From: an uncultured Clostridia bacterium
GTDB taxonomy: Bacteria; Bacillota; Clostridia; Christensenellales; UBA1242
Direction: 5' to 3'
DNA: 64,000 nucleotides
Assembly (NCBI GenBank): GCA_947625515.1
Contig: CANQOO010000002.1
Location: 22,238 to 86,237, forward strand
Under the pieces are notes generated by a model. It did not search any database. It worked only from the letters and a program-made list of their open reading frames with translations, and was not told where the DNA came from. Position 1 is the first letter of the stretch. Each line of letters begins with the position of its first letter. The translations under genes were made by a program, and so were the position numbers. Shown in pieces: positions 1 through 9,414 of the stretch.

Positions 1-2230
1 CATTTGCCTCAATCAGCAGTCTTTTCAGATTTGTGAACCTTGTGGCGGTGTATTTGTTTGCAACCATACGCCGCAGATATTGTTTCTCGCCCACAATCAC
101 CACCATTTTCTTGGCACGGGTGACAGCGGTGTAAATCAAATTTCGCGTCAAAATGATGCTCGGACCCGCAATGGCAGGGATGATGATGACGTCAAACTCG
201 CTGCCCTGACTTTTGTGAATGGTGATGGCATAAGAAAGAGAGAGGTCGCCCAAATCCAGCCGGGTGTATTTGCAGATTCGACCATCTTCAAATTCCACAA
301 TCACCTCGCCCGTTTGCGGGTCTATGGTGTTCACCACGCCGATGTCGCCGTTGAACACGCCCTGCCCATCTTCATCTGCAAAGCGACCATGTTTTTTCCA
401 TGCAAGGTCATAGTTGTTGCTCATCTGCATCACCTTGTCGCCCTCACGGAAGATGATGCGGGCAAATTCCAGTTGTCGTTTTTGTGGGCTTGGCGGATTT
501 ATGCTCTCTTGCAGGCACTTGTTGAGGTTTTCAATGCCGCACACCCCCGCTTTGAGCGGTGCAAGGACTTGGATTTGTTTGGCATCCATGTTCAAATATT
601 TCGGCAAGCGACGAGTGACAAGTTCCAAAATGGTGTTTTTGATAATTTCCGGGTCGTCCTTACTCTCAAAGAAAAAGTCCAAACTGGTGTTGTCAATCAT
701 CGGCATTTTGCCCTCGTTGATGAGGTGTGCGTTGGTGATGATTAAACTTTTCTCGTCCTGGCGAAAAATTTTTGAAAGTGCACAAAAAGAAATGACTCCA
801 CTTTGCAGAATGTCCGCCAAAACGTTCCCCGCTCCCACACTTGGAAGCTGGTCCTTATCGCCGACCAAAATCAATTTGCAGTCACGCGGCATGGCTTTGA
901 GAAGTGCACACATCAGTTGGGCGTCCACCATGGACACCTCGTCCACAATCACACAGTCAGTTTTCAGCGGGTTGCTTTCGTTATGCACAAAAAAACTGTT
1001 GCCGTCCTGCATAGCGTTCACTTCCAAAAGGCGGTGAATGGTTTTTGCCTCGCAATTTGTGCTGTCGCTCATTCGCTTGGCGGCACGACCGGTTGGGGCA
1101 CACAGGCTGACAGTTTTGTTTTGAGCACGCAAAATCTCCAATATGCACTTGATGATGGTTGTTTTGCCCGTTCCTGGCCCACCGGTGATGACGAACACGC
1201 CGTTGTTTATCGCCCCAACAATCGCATTTTTCTGCTCTTCATGAAAGGTTATGTGATTTTGCTGCTCAAACGCCAAAATCTCCTGAGAGATGTCAAACTG
1301 CTCATTTTGCCGACAAGAATTCAGCCACACAAGTTTTTGTGCAATGGAGTTTTCATAGAAATAATATTTCGAAAGCATGACAATTTCCATTCGCGAGCCG
1401 TCCTCAGAATGTGCATTTTCCACCCATGCCGTGACCGCCGTTTTGTCCGCACACAAACTTTCGAAAGCCTCAGAAAACACGCTTTCATTTTCTTCCAGGT
1501 CCAGTTCCAGTTGCTTGGCTGCTTCGCTTAAAAGCATAACCTTTGGCAAAAACGTGTTGCCGTTTTTCTCGCAAGAGGTTTTCAGGACATAAATCAGCCC
1601 CGCACGCACGCGAAACATGGAATTTGTTGGAATGCCAACATTTTGGGCGATTCGGTCGGCAGTCACGAATCCAATGCCGTCCACGTCCTCCACAAGTTTA
1701 TAGGGGTTGTTTTTGACAATCTCGCCTGTCCTTTCGCGATATATGTTGTATATCTTCAATGCCATATTGGTGGTGATTTGAAAATTTTGAAGATAGATGA
1801 TGGTGTTTTGCACTTCGTGATGCTCTTTGAATGAAAAGCCAATTTCCACCGCTTTTTTCTCGCTTATGCCGACAATTTGCGAAAGTTTTTGCGGAGAATA
1901 TTCCAGCACATCCAGTGTGTCCTTGCCAAAACGCTCAACAATCTTTTTTGCGGTGATGGGCCCCACCCCGCGAATCAGCCCGCTGCCCAAATATTTTTCA
2001 ATCCCCGCCAAACTTTTCGGGGCGGACATTTGATAGGACGAAAAAGAATATTGCACGCCATATTTTGTCTTTTCAAACTTGCCTTCCAGTGTCACCTCGG
2101 CACCAATTTGCACGTCAATAAACTTGCCTGCAATGGTGACGACACTTTCATCGCGTTCCAGCCGTGCCACAGTGTATCCATTTTCGTCATTACGAAAAAC
2201 AATATCCTCAATAATTCCAGAAAGAGCCAT
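1..2230 (-). CDS. recD2: RecD2-like SF1B DNA helicase (3-prime end runs off window)
   Basis: Absent from ORF track because there is no stop in the window. My reverse translation from ATG at 2230 gives MALSGIIEDIVFRNDENGYTVARLE, then GSGLIRGVGPITAKKIVERFG, Walker A VITGGPGTGKTT (~1150-1185) and IYTAVTRAKKMVVIVG near pos 100. Confidence 0.9.
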   Translation of the reverse strand, partial: MALSGIIEDIVFRNDENGYTVARLERDESVVTIAGKFIDVQIGAEVTLEGKFEKTKYGVQYSFSSYQMSAPKSLAGIEKYLGSGLIRGVGPITAKKIVERFGKDTLDVLEYSPQKLSQIVGISEKKAVEIGFSFKEHHEVQNTIIYLQNFQITTNMALKIYNIYRERTGEIVKNNPYKLVEDVDGIGFVTADRIAQNVGIPTNSMFRVRAGLIYVLKTSCEKNGNTFLPKVMLLSEAAKQLELDLEENESVFSEAFESLCADKTAVTAWVENAHSEDGSRMEIVMLSKYYFYENSIAQKLVWLNSCRQNEQFDISQEILAFEQQNHITFHEEQKNAIVGAINNGVFVITGGPGTGKTTIIKCILEILRAQNKTVSLCAPTGRAAKRMSDSTNCEAKTIHRLLEVNAMQDGNSFFVHNESNPLKTDCVIVDEVSMVDAQLMCALLKAMPRDCKLILVGDKDQLPSVGAGNVLADILQSGVISFCALSKIFRQDEKSLIITNAHLINEGKMPMIDNTSLDFFFESKDDPEIIKNTILELVTRRLPKYLNMDAKQIQVLAPLKAGVCGIENLNKCLQESINPPSPQKRQLEFARIIFREGDKVMQMSNNYDLAWKKHGRFADEDGQGVFNGDIGVVNTIDPQTGEVIVEFEDGRICKYTRLDLGDLSLSYAITIHKSQGSEFDVIIIPAIAGPSIILTRNLIYTAVTRAKKMVVIVGEKQYLRRMVANKYTATRFTNLKRLLIEAN

Positions 2231-2334
2231 ATTCAATATTTTAGCCAATTTCGCCCCGAAAAGCAAGCAAAATTTGGCGATTTGCCATCCTTTATTTTTC
2301 CATAACTTTTTTTCCTGAAATGCCAACAAAAAAG

Positions 2335-2363
2335 TTGCAAAAAAAATTTGTGTTTTATATAAT
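2335..2363 (+). promoter_or_regulatory. sigma70-type promoter TTGCAA-17-TATAAT, near-leaderless for marR-like gene
   Basis: TTGCAA 2335-2340, 17-nt spacer, TATAAT 2358-2363. The ATG at 2372 is 8 nt after the -10 and has no RBS. Confidence 0.55.
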
Positions 2364-2371
2364 ATGAAAGT

Positions 2372-2755
2372 ATGAAAAACGTTGACAAACTGCTGGAAAT
2401 TGAAGCACTGACCGAAAATTTGACGAAACATTTCGCCCAAAACAACCTGCTTAAAATGAAGGTGTTATATTTCATCTCGCAATATCAAAATTTGTCCGTC
2501 AGCATGATTATCGACAAGCTGGGCATCAAAAAATCCAACTTCGCCCTCATGACGAAGGAATTGGAAAACGAAGGCCTGGTGGAGGCTCGGCAGGGAGAGA
2601 TTGACCGGCGGTGTCGGCTTATGACACTCACCGAAAAGGGTCAAAAAGAGCTTGACGCATTCATGAAAAAACTTTCCGATTTTTTCAGCGAACATTCGCC
2701 CGAAGTTGAGCATGCAGTGGAAACGCTCTGCACTTTCCTGAACAAAAAAATTTGA
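2372..2755 (+). CDS. MarR-family winged-helix transcriptional regulator
   Basis: 127 aa. MarR-like wHTH pattern SMIIDKLGIKKSNFALMTKELENEGLVEARQGEIDRRCRLMTLTEKG. Confidence 0.8.
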   Translation: MKNVDKLLEIEALTENLTKHFAQNNLLKMKVLYFISQYQNLSVSMIIDKLGIKKSNFALMTKELENEGLVEARQGEIDRRCRLMTLTEKGQKELDAFMKKLSDFFSEHSPEVEHAVETLCTFLNKKI

Positions 2756-2799
2756 CCAAAAAAGCAAATTTTGGAAATAATTCATAGAAAGAAGAAAAA

Positions 2800-2935
2800 C
2801 AAAACACTTGCATAACTTAAAGACATAAAACAATCGAATCACTTAATGACATAAATCAATCGCCTAATTTAAAGAAAAACATAAGTCAATCGCACAACTT
2901 AAGGAGAAAATATATCAATCGCATCGCTTGTTGAC
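2800..2935. repeat. about 5 degenerate tandem units of 27-30 bp (ACATAAnTCAATCGCnnAAnTTAArG)
   Basis: CAATCG recurs at ~29-bp spacing between marR stop and cysS. Confidence 0.6.
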
Positions 2936-3065
2936 TTGAAAAATCTTAAAAACGCATTTGTGGATGAAAAATTGAAAAGCATGCAAAAATCAGGTTTAAC
3001 ACTTTTTCAGGCGGGACATCATCCGACAAACGTTTCAAAATCATCCACAGCTGCAAGGAGAAAAC

Positions 3066-4427
3066 ATGATTAAGTTTTATAATTCCCTCACACGTCAGAA
3101 AGAAGAAGTGCCTTACCACGAAAACAAGACCGTAAAGATGTATTCCTGCGGCCCAACGGTGTATTATTATCCTCACATTGGCAATTTTCGTGCCTATCTT
3201 TTCATGGACAACATCCGCCGCGTGCTGAAATATAACGGCTATCACCTTGACGGCGTGATGAACATCACCGACGTTGGGCATCTGACAAGCGATGCGGATG
3301 AGGGCGAAGACAAAATGCTGGTTGCCAGTGCACGCGAGCATAAAACGCCGTGGGAAATTGCCAAGTTCTACACCGACATCTTTATGCAGGACGCCAAAGC
3401 ACTCAACATTGACCTTCCTGAGCATATCGTCCCTGCCACAAGCGTGATTGACGAAATGATAAAATTTGTGCAGGCTTTGCTTGACAAAGGCTTTGCATAT
3501 GAGACCAGCAAAGGGATTTATTTTGACATCTCCAAAGACGCCGAGTATGGCAAACTTTCCGGCATGGACATCCACGAGAAACTTGCCGGGGCTCGTATTG
3601 ACGTGGACGAAGAGAAGCACACGCCATATGATTTCGTGCTGTGGGTGAAGGCTCCAAAAGAGCATATCATGCAGTGGAAAAGCCCGTGGGGAATGGGCTA
3701 TCCAGGCTGGCACATCGAGTGTTCCGTAATTGGCGACAAGTTTTTGGGGCAGAGCATCGACATCCACACCGGCGGCGTTGACCACAAGCCTGTCCATCAC
3801 GAGAATGAGATTGCCCAAAGTGACAGCCGCTATGGCCACCAGGTGGTGAAAATGTGGATGCATTTGGAATTTTTGCAAGTTGACGGCGGGAAGATGAGCA
3901 AAAGTTTAAACAACATATATCGTCTTTCCGACCTGCAAGAACGCGGATATAGTGCAGAAGATTTCCGCTTCTTCTACTTTTTGGCACACTATTCCAAGCA
4001 ACAAAACTTCACTTTTGACGCTCTGGATATGGCAAAGAACACTCTCAAAAGCATCAAAAACTTGGCACAAGAACATAAAAATGGCCCCGCCATTGTGGAC
4101 ACCAAGCCATATGAGGACGAATTTTTGGAAAGCATCAACGACGACCTCAACATGCCAAAAGCGATTGCCTGCACACTGAAAATGCTCAAGGAAGAGCGAA
4201 GCAAAAATGTGTATGAGACCCTGTTGAAATTCAATCAAGTGCTGGGCATCAATTTGGACTCAAACGAAAAGTCCCTGCCGGAAGAAGTGAAGGCCTTGGC
4301 ACAGCAACGCTGGCAAGCGAAGAAGAATCGCGACTTCGCCACTGCCGACGCCCTTCGCCAGCAAATTCTAGGCCTTGGCTTCACCATCAAAGACACCAAG
4401 GACGGATACGAGATAATCAAAAATTAA
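3066..4427 (+). CDS. cysS: cysteine--tRNA ligase
   Basis: 453 aa. HIGH-type motif PHIGNFR, KMSKS motif GGKMSKSLNN, N-terminus MIKFYNSLTRQKE typical of CysRS. Confidence 0.95.
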   Translation: MIKFYNSLTRQKEEVPYHENKTVKMYSCGPTVYYYPHIGNFRAYLFMDNIRRVLKYNGYHLDGVMNITDVGHLTSDADEGEDKMLVASAREHKTPWEIAKFYTDIFMQDAKALNIDLPEHIVPATSVIDEMIKFVQALLDKGFAYETSKGIYFDISKDAEYGKLSGMDIHEKLAGARIDVDEEKHTPYDFVLWVKAPKEHIMQWKSPWGMGYPGWHIECSVIGDKFLGQSIDIHTGGVDHKPVHHENEIAQSDSRYGHQVVKMWMHLEFLQVDGGKMSKSLNNIYRLSDLQERGYSAEDFRFFYFLAHYSKQQNFTFDALDMAKNTLKSIKNLAQEHKNGPAIVDTKPYEDEFLESINDDLNMPKAIACTLKMLKEERSKNVYETLLKFNQVLGINLDSNEKSLPEEVKALAQQRWQAKKNRDFATADALRQQILGLGFTIKDTKDGYEIIKN

Positions 4428-4544
4428 ACTCACTGTCCAGCAGAGATTCTTCGCTACGCTCAGAATGACAAATAATTAATTTGCTTAAAAAATTCAAAGT
4501 GCAAAGTAAAAAGAAAAATTAATTTGCTTAAAATAAATGCAAAG

Positions 4545-4576
4545 AAAAAACACCTTTTTGAAAGGTGTTTTTTTGA
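4545..4576. terminator. bidirectional rho-independent terminator
   Basis: AAAAAACACCTTTTTGAAAGGTGTTTTTTT hairpin flanked by A and T runs between convergent genes. Confidence 0.7.
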
Positions 4577-4651
4577 TGACGTCTTATTGAATTTTAGATG
4601 TATCTAGAATGTCAAGTTTATTTCAGTTTGACAAAATTTCTTAGTCAGTGT

Positions 4652-5065
4652 TTACCAAGGCAAACGCAGAAGCACTTTTGCTGCAGTGGCAACTGCATTG
4701 CCGTTGCCCTCAGGCGGCACTTTATATCCAATGTCCCCGTCTACTGTGAATGCACCGATAATCATTGGCAAGAATGTGTTGAAGAAGATAATCAAAACGA
4801 TGACAACAACAATGGTGATGATCAGGTTGATCAAACGTTTTTTGTTTTCTTCACGTGCTTCGGCAGAATCCGCTCTTGCCATTTTGATGCCGACATAAAC
4901 TGCGTAAATTCCGCCCGCAGCCCCGACAAGTGCAAGAATAACCCACAAAACAGTTGAGAGGACGCCCATAAGTGTCTGAACCCAGCCCCAATCGCCGCCG
5001 CCAGAATTTTCTAAGTTTTTTAACAACTCAGACCAATTTGTTGTGATACCAAACAAAGATTTCAT
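4652..5065 (-). CDS. small membrane protein, two TM helices (weak TrbC/VirB2-pilin-like layout)
   Basis: Start moved to MKSLFG (GGAGG RBS 8 nt upstream). Hydrophobic helices VLSTVLWVILALVGAAGGIYAVYVGI and LINLIITIVVVIVLIIFF separated by a charged loop. Confidence 0.6.
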   Translation of the reverse strand: MKSLFGITTNWSELLKNLENSGGGDWGWVQTLMGVLSTVLWVILALVGAAGGIYAVYVGIKMARADSAEAREENKKRLINLIITIVVVIVLIIFFNTFLPMIIGAFTVDGDIGYKVPPEGNGNAVATAAKVLLRLPW

Positions 5066-5552
5066 AATTATTTCCTCCAATAATTTTAAATTATTGTTTC
5101 AAATTCTTGCAAGAATATTCTTGTCAAATTTGATTTACATACAAATCATATCACAACAAAAAAATATTTCCAAACATTTTCAACAAAAAAATAAAAATTT
5201 TCAAATTTTTTTTTAAATTCACCAAAATTCGAAAAAAAAATGTTTTTTAAATTTTTTATTCAACATTTTTACATATCTTCCTTTAATCGCCAGCCTCCCG
5301 TGTTTTATTGACAAAAAAATAGATTGAAACATCACTCAAAGTCAGAGCAATTCAAAAATTATTAAGTAAATTATTTTTTTAATTTACTTAATATAAATTT
5401 TAAATTTTTTCGCATTTTTATTTTTCAGGAAAATTTTGTTTTCCTTTTCACACTTAATTTTCAAAAATTTTTAATTATATTTTTTTCTATTATTTTAAAT
5501 TTTTGCGTAATTTTGCATGATTTTTAAATCAAATTTTTGTATAATATAAGAG

Positions 5553-6383
5553 ATGAACAAGCAAATGAAGAAAAAAGACAGCAAATCCGCTTGCAAAAGT
5601 TTCTCAGTTCGGCTTTCGCGATTTTGGACGGCAAGCAAGAACTTCGCTTCGCAACTTTTCTTCCCCGAAAACATGAAGTGCGTTTTTTGCGGGGCGGACA
5701 TACCGAATTTTGAAGAGCGGCCATACTGCGACGAGTGTGCCAAGACCTTGCCATTCAACAATGGTCACCGCTGCCAAATTTGCGACGTGCCGATTGAAAG
5801 CGAAGCAAACGTCTGCGATTTTTGCCAGAAGGGCAAGCACTTTTTCAAAAAGGCATTCTGCCCATTTTTATACGATGGAGTTGTCAAGAGCAAAATCCTT
5901 GCCTTCAAAGACAGCAACCAGCGTTGGCGAGCCAAGTCATTTGCTCGAATGATTGCGGACAGGCTGGACGGCGTAAACATCGATGTCATCACATATATCC
6001 CAATGACTGAAAAGAAACTGAAAAAGCGTTCGTTTAACCAATCGCAACTTTTGGCAGAGGAAATTGGAAAAATTCTGCAAAAGCCGGTGCTTTCTTGCTT
6101 TGAAAAGACGCGAGATGTCAAGGCTCAAAAAACGCTAAGCTATCGCCAGCGTCGCGAGGCCATGGTGGGCACATACAAACTTAAACGCGTCAAACTCTCC
6201 AAGTCACAAAATGTGCTGATTGTGGACGACATCATCACCACCTGTGCGACCATCGGCTATTGTGCCGGGCTGATTTACCCAAAGGTGCAAAATGTTTATG
6301 CATGTGCCATCGCCAGGCAGTATGTCAGGTCAAACTCCCAGGCTCCACACTATTCTGTGGAATATCTGATGCCAAAATTTTGA
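5553..6383 (+). CDS. comFC: ComF-family phosphoribosyltransferase-domain protein
   Basis: N-terminal CxxC x4 zinc-finger pattern (CVFCG, CDEC, CQICD, CDFC) and PRTase motif VLIVDDIITTCATI. Confidence 0.8.
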   Translation: MNKQMKKKDSKSACKSFSVRLSRFWTASKNFASQLFFPENMKCVFCGADIPNFEERPYCDECAKTLPFNNGHRCQICDVPIESEANVCDFCQKGKHFFKKAFCPFLYDGVVKSKILAFKDSNQRWRAKSFARMIADRLDGVNIDVITYIPMTEKKLKKRSFNQSQLLAEEIGKILQKPVLSCFEKTRDVKAQKTLSYRQRREAMVGTYKLKRVKLSKSQNVLIVDDIITTCATIGYCAGLIYPKVQNVYACAIARQYVRSNSQAPHYSVEYLMPKF

Positions 6384-6415
6384 GTGGGAAAAAATAATAT
6401 TTTTTGCAAAAACAC

Positions 6416-6445
6416 TTGACAATCAAGGCCAAAATGATTTATACT
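6416..6445 (+). promoter_or_regulatory. promoter TTGACA-18-TATACT for tRNA-Glu
   Basis: TTGACA 6416-6421, TATACT 6440-6445, tRNA starts 6464. Confidence 0.6.
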
Positions 6446-6463
6446 TTCATTGTTGAAATTTTT

Positions 6464-6538
6464 GGCCCCGTGGTCAAGCGGTTAAGACACCGCCCTTTCA
6501 CGGCGGTATCATGGGTTCGAATCCCGTCGGGGTCACCA
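6464..6538 (+). tRNA. tRNA-Glu (anticodon UUC), CCA encoded
   Basis: Manual cloverleaf: acceptor GGCCCCG/CGGGGTC, anticodon loop CTTTCAC, T-arm ATGGG-TTCGAAT-CCCGT. Confidence 0.93.
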
Positions 6539-6654
6539 AAAAACTCAGTGTCAGCTGAGTTTTTTTATATTTCCCCGACGGCGAACGCATCGCGTTCGTG
6601 TGTGCGTCAGCACACAATTCGAACCCAGATGACGGCGTCGCACTCACTCTTGCA
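6515..6654 (+). repeat. direct repeat copy A (tRNA-Glu 3-prime 24 nt + terminator + two GC hairpins)
   Basis: ~138-140 bp, near-identical to 6741-6878. Confidence 0.9.
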
Positions 6655-6740
6655 CATACCTGTGCAAGTTCGTGCTCCTTGTCATCACGGGCTTCGTCTC
6701 ATCTCAAAAACATTTACAGAAATTTTAAATTTTCTTTATC

Positions 6741-6878
6741 GTTGAATCCCGTCGGGGTCACCAAAAACTCAGCATCAGCTGAGTTTTTTTATATTTCCCC
6801 GACGGCGAACGCATCGCGTTCGTGTGTGCGTCAGCACACAATTCGAACCCAGATGACGGCGTCGCACTCACTCTTGCA
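6741..6878 (+). repeat. direct repeat copy B (orphan tRNA-Glu 3-prime end + terminator + hairpins)
   Basis: GTT-GAATCCCGTCGGGGTCACCA...CTCTTGCA. Differs from copy A by a few substitutions or indels, with an 86-bp spacer between copies. Confidence 0.9.
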
Positions 6879-6879
6879 T

Positions 6880-7398
6880 TTATTTCCCCTCGCCCTGAAC
6901 TTGTCCAGTCTTGGTCATAAATTTTGTGCCTGGGGCGATGAGGATTTGATAGGTCTGTTCTTTTGTGCCTTCCGACCAGCAAATTTTCAGTTCAATTTTC
7001 TTATCGTCCTCGCTGACAAGCGGTTGGATTTCAAAGAAACGCTGTTTTTGACCGTTTATTGTTTCCAAAAAGTCCGACGAGGAATAATGCACTCCATTCA
7101 TTTCCAGTGTGGCACTTGAAAGGTCCACATCCTCATCCGGAGCGGTGATTTTCAGCCCCACACGCGTGCCTTCTTCCACCCCATTTGCCTCGTCCGCGGC
7201 AGAATATTGCACCACCTCGCCCATTCCACCGATGGTGACAGTGCGTTCGTTTTTGTCATACACAAAGCTCAACGTCCCGCCTGTGCGGGCGTCGTCTCGG
7301 GTGATTTTTGCAGACGGCAATTCTCTTTCGCCGCAGCCATAAACTGAGAAAATCGCACAAAAACACATCAAAATTGCCAAAATTTTCACATTTTTCAT
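6880..7398 (-). CDS. lipoprotein, unknown function
   Basis: 172 aa. Signal plus lipobox ILMCFCAIFSVYGC. Confidence 0.7.
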   Translation of the reverse strand: MKNVKILAILMCFCAIFSVYGCGERELPSAKITRDDARTGGTLSFVYDKNERTVTIGGMGEVVQYSAADEANGVEEGTRVGLKITAPDEDVDLSSATLEMNGVHYSSSDFLETINGQKQRFFEIQPLVSEDDKKIELKICWSEGTKEQTYQILIAPGTKFMTKTGQVQGEGK

Positions 7399-7580
7399 GA
7401 AAATATGGTGTGTATTTTGCCGCGAATTATTCTATTTATAACTTTCCACGCTATAACATTTCACATTTCTAGATAGCTTTCACGCTTTAACACTTCACAT
7501 TTTTATGGGTTGGCAAAGTTTCGCTAGTTTAATTTGTCAATTTATGGCATTTCACTTTTCAAATTTCATTCAACAACATT

Positions 7581-9263
7581 TCACGTTTTTTTGCCGCCCT
7601 TTTCATTGGCACTGATTTGCACTTTCAGCACGTCGCTTCTTTTGATGGAATATTTTGAAAAAACCAAAATGGCTATGGTCAATGCGATGGCACTTCCAAA
7701 AAATACAATCTTAGCAAGCCCCGACTGCACTTCCAGCGATTGAGTGGCGGCGTTGCCGTCAAATTTCACCAAATCCAGCAACACGCCGATGAACAAAAGT
7801 GCAATGGAGTTGGAGAAATTGTAGGTGAAAGTGTAATAGCCAGTGTATCTGCCAGAATTGTTTTCGCCCGTCTGATATTGCTCCATGGTGATGACGTCAG
7901 CATACATTGAGTGTGGCAGGCTGTAAAGTGCCCCCGAGCCCACCCCGCACACAAACAGGCAGGGCAAAACGAACCAGAAAATGCAATTAGGCGTGGAATA
8001 GAGGCGGAAAAGAAATGTTATGCTTGTCATTGCTATGCCAAAAAGCATGACGCAAAGAGCAAAAATGAGAGCTTGCTTTTTGTCATATTTTTTGACAACA
8101 TTCACCCACAAAACTTGCGAAAGAATTGCTCCGCCAAAGAAGCAAATCATCAGCGACGAAATTTGCACGCTGGAAAAATTGAAGCAAAATGTGAATAGAT
8201 GCATTCCCACTGATGTGATAAAAACTGACGCGATGAGGCAGACGGAATATCCCACCATGACCACACGGAAATTTGGTTTTTTGAACGTGTCAACATATCC
8301 CGCCATGATTTTTCCAAAGCTGCCACCAAATTTGCCACGATTTTTCTTCTTTTCACCTTTCGTCACGCCGTTTTTTGCTGAATTATTTTTTCTTCTTTCA
8401 TGCTCTGCCATTTCAACATTTTTTGAATGCTTTTTACTTAAAACTTTCAATTTTTTTGCAAAAAAACCGTGTTTTTCGCGATTTTTTGAATTTTGCCCAA
8501 ATGTTTGGGCGGTGCCAGTTGATAATTTTTTGACGCCATAATTTGACGAAACGGACGCAATGAAATCTTTCTTCGACTCCGCTGTTTGCCCCAGTCCCTC
8601 GCCAATCGCAACATCATAATTTGGCATGGAACGCACTCGTTTTCTTGTTCCAAAAATGGTGATAAGTCCGCACAAAATCACAAGAGCGGAATTGACGCAC
8701 GCGATGCAAACATAGCCCATGCGGTTGAACTGCCCGCTGCCCGCCGGCATGAAGGCATACATCAGCACGCTTGGCAAAATCAAGCCAAGGATATAAAATA
8801 CGGTTTTAAAACCCTGCATTTTTGTTTGGTCGTTATAGTCTGGGGCGATGTCGATGCAGAGTGCGGCATACGGAGTGGCAAAAAAGGTGTTGAAGGTCTC
8901 TTGCAGAAGCAGGAATCCCAAAAGCCACGCAATCAAAACTCCGTCGCGTGCCCCCACCGGGCAGAGCCACAGCAAGACATTGTTGAGTGCCAAAGTGAAT
9001 GTGGCAAACAGCATATGTCCCAGCCTTCGCCCAAAAAATTTGCTTTTGGTACGGTCGGATAGATATCCCACAATCGGGTCGGATAGACCGTCCCACAGCG
9101 AGGTGATGGCGATTGTTGCACCAACCACTGCCCCTGACAGTCCCAGCACGCTTGTGGCAAAAAACATAATCATGCTGCTGACAGTCTGTCCCGTGGAGCC
9201 GTAGCCCAAGTTGCCGATGCCGTAGCAAAGTTTTGTTCCAAAACCAAGTTTGTCCTTTTTCAC
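7581..9263 (-). CDS. GPH/MFS-family glycoside-cation symporter-like transporter with Lys-rich loop insertion
   Basis: 560 aa. KLCYGIGNLGYG and LSDPIVGYLSDRTKSKFFGRR (GPH signature). ~95-aa K/N-rich central insert. GTG start. Confidence 0.75.
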   Translation of the reverse strand: MKKDKLGFGTKLCYGIGNLGYGSTGQTVSSMIMFFATSVLGLSGAVVGATIAITSLWDGLSDPIVGYLSDRTKSKFFGRRLGHMLFATFTLALNNVLLWLCPVGARDGVLIAWLLGFLLLQETFNTFFATPYAALCIDIAPDYNDQTKMQGFKTVFYILGLILPSVLMYAFMPAGSGQFNRMGYVCIACVNSALVILCGLITIFGTRKRVRSMPNYDVAIGEGLGQTAESKKDFIASVSSNYGVKKLSTGTAQTFGQNSKNREKHGFFAKKLKVLSKKHSKNVEMAEHERRKNNSAKNGVTKGEKKKNRGKFGGSFGKIMAGYVDTFKKPNFRVVMVGYSVCLIASVFITSVGMHLFTFCFNFSSVQISSLMICFFGGAILSQVLWVNVVKKYDKKQALIFALCVMLFGIAMTSITFLFRLYSTPNCIFWFVLPCLFVCGVGSGALYSLPHSMYADVITMEQYQTGENNSGRYTGYYTFTYNFSNSIALLFIGVLLDLVKFDGNAATQSLEVQSGLAKIVFFGSAIALTIAILVFSKYSIKRSDVLKVQISANEKGGKKT

Positions 9264-9414
9264 ATAGTATGATATGCGTCAAGCCCACCCTTCAAGACGA
9301 AGAAATGAAATTTTCTGCTAAAAAGTTAGTAGTTTTTCAAAAAAGAGCGAAAATTTCAAAGTAGGTCAAGTAAAGAATATAAATCGGGTCAAGCAAAAAC
9401 CAGGCAAAGCGAAA

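Noticed and set aside
80-2305. Series of + strand ORFs (221, 207, 242, 142 aa and others) at the window start
   Set aside because: They are antisense to a clear RecD2-like helicase on the minus strand (Walker A, N-terminal and C-terminal signatures). Their translations are low-complexity with no motifs.
2800-2935. Tandem repeat arrays (also 14281-14420, 14553-14630, 56708-56783) as CRISPR arrays
   Set aside because: The units are contiguous or degenerate with no unique spacers of regular length. No cas genes or leader are in the window.
2946-3878. 310-aa minus-strand ORF, plus the 378-aa + ORF at 52341-53477 and the 203-aa minus ORF at 46525-47136
   Set aside because: They are antisense to cysS, secA and CDS 46552-47103 respectively, and have no RBS or recognisable motifs.
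4431-4470. GTCCAGCAGAGATTCTTCGCTACGCTCAGAATGACA element after cysS as a functional RNA
   Set aside because: It is a short imperfect hairpin (ATTCT...AGAAT) resembling dispersed REP-like filler seen in many gut-bacterial genomes. There is a single copy in this window and nothing to support a specific function.
6590-6654. TTCGAACCC-containing segment inside the duplicated block as a second (minus-strand) tRNA
   Set aside because: A T-loop-like GGGTTCGAAT is present on the reverse strand, but no complementary T-stem, acceptor stem or anticodon arm can be drawn.
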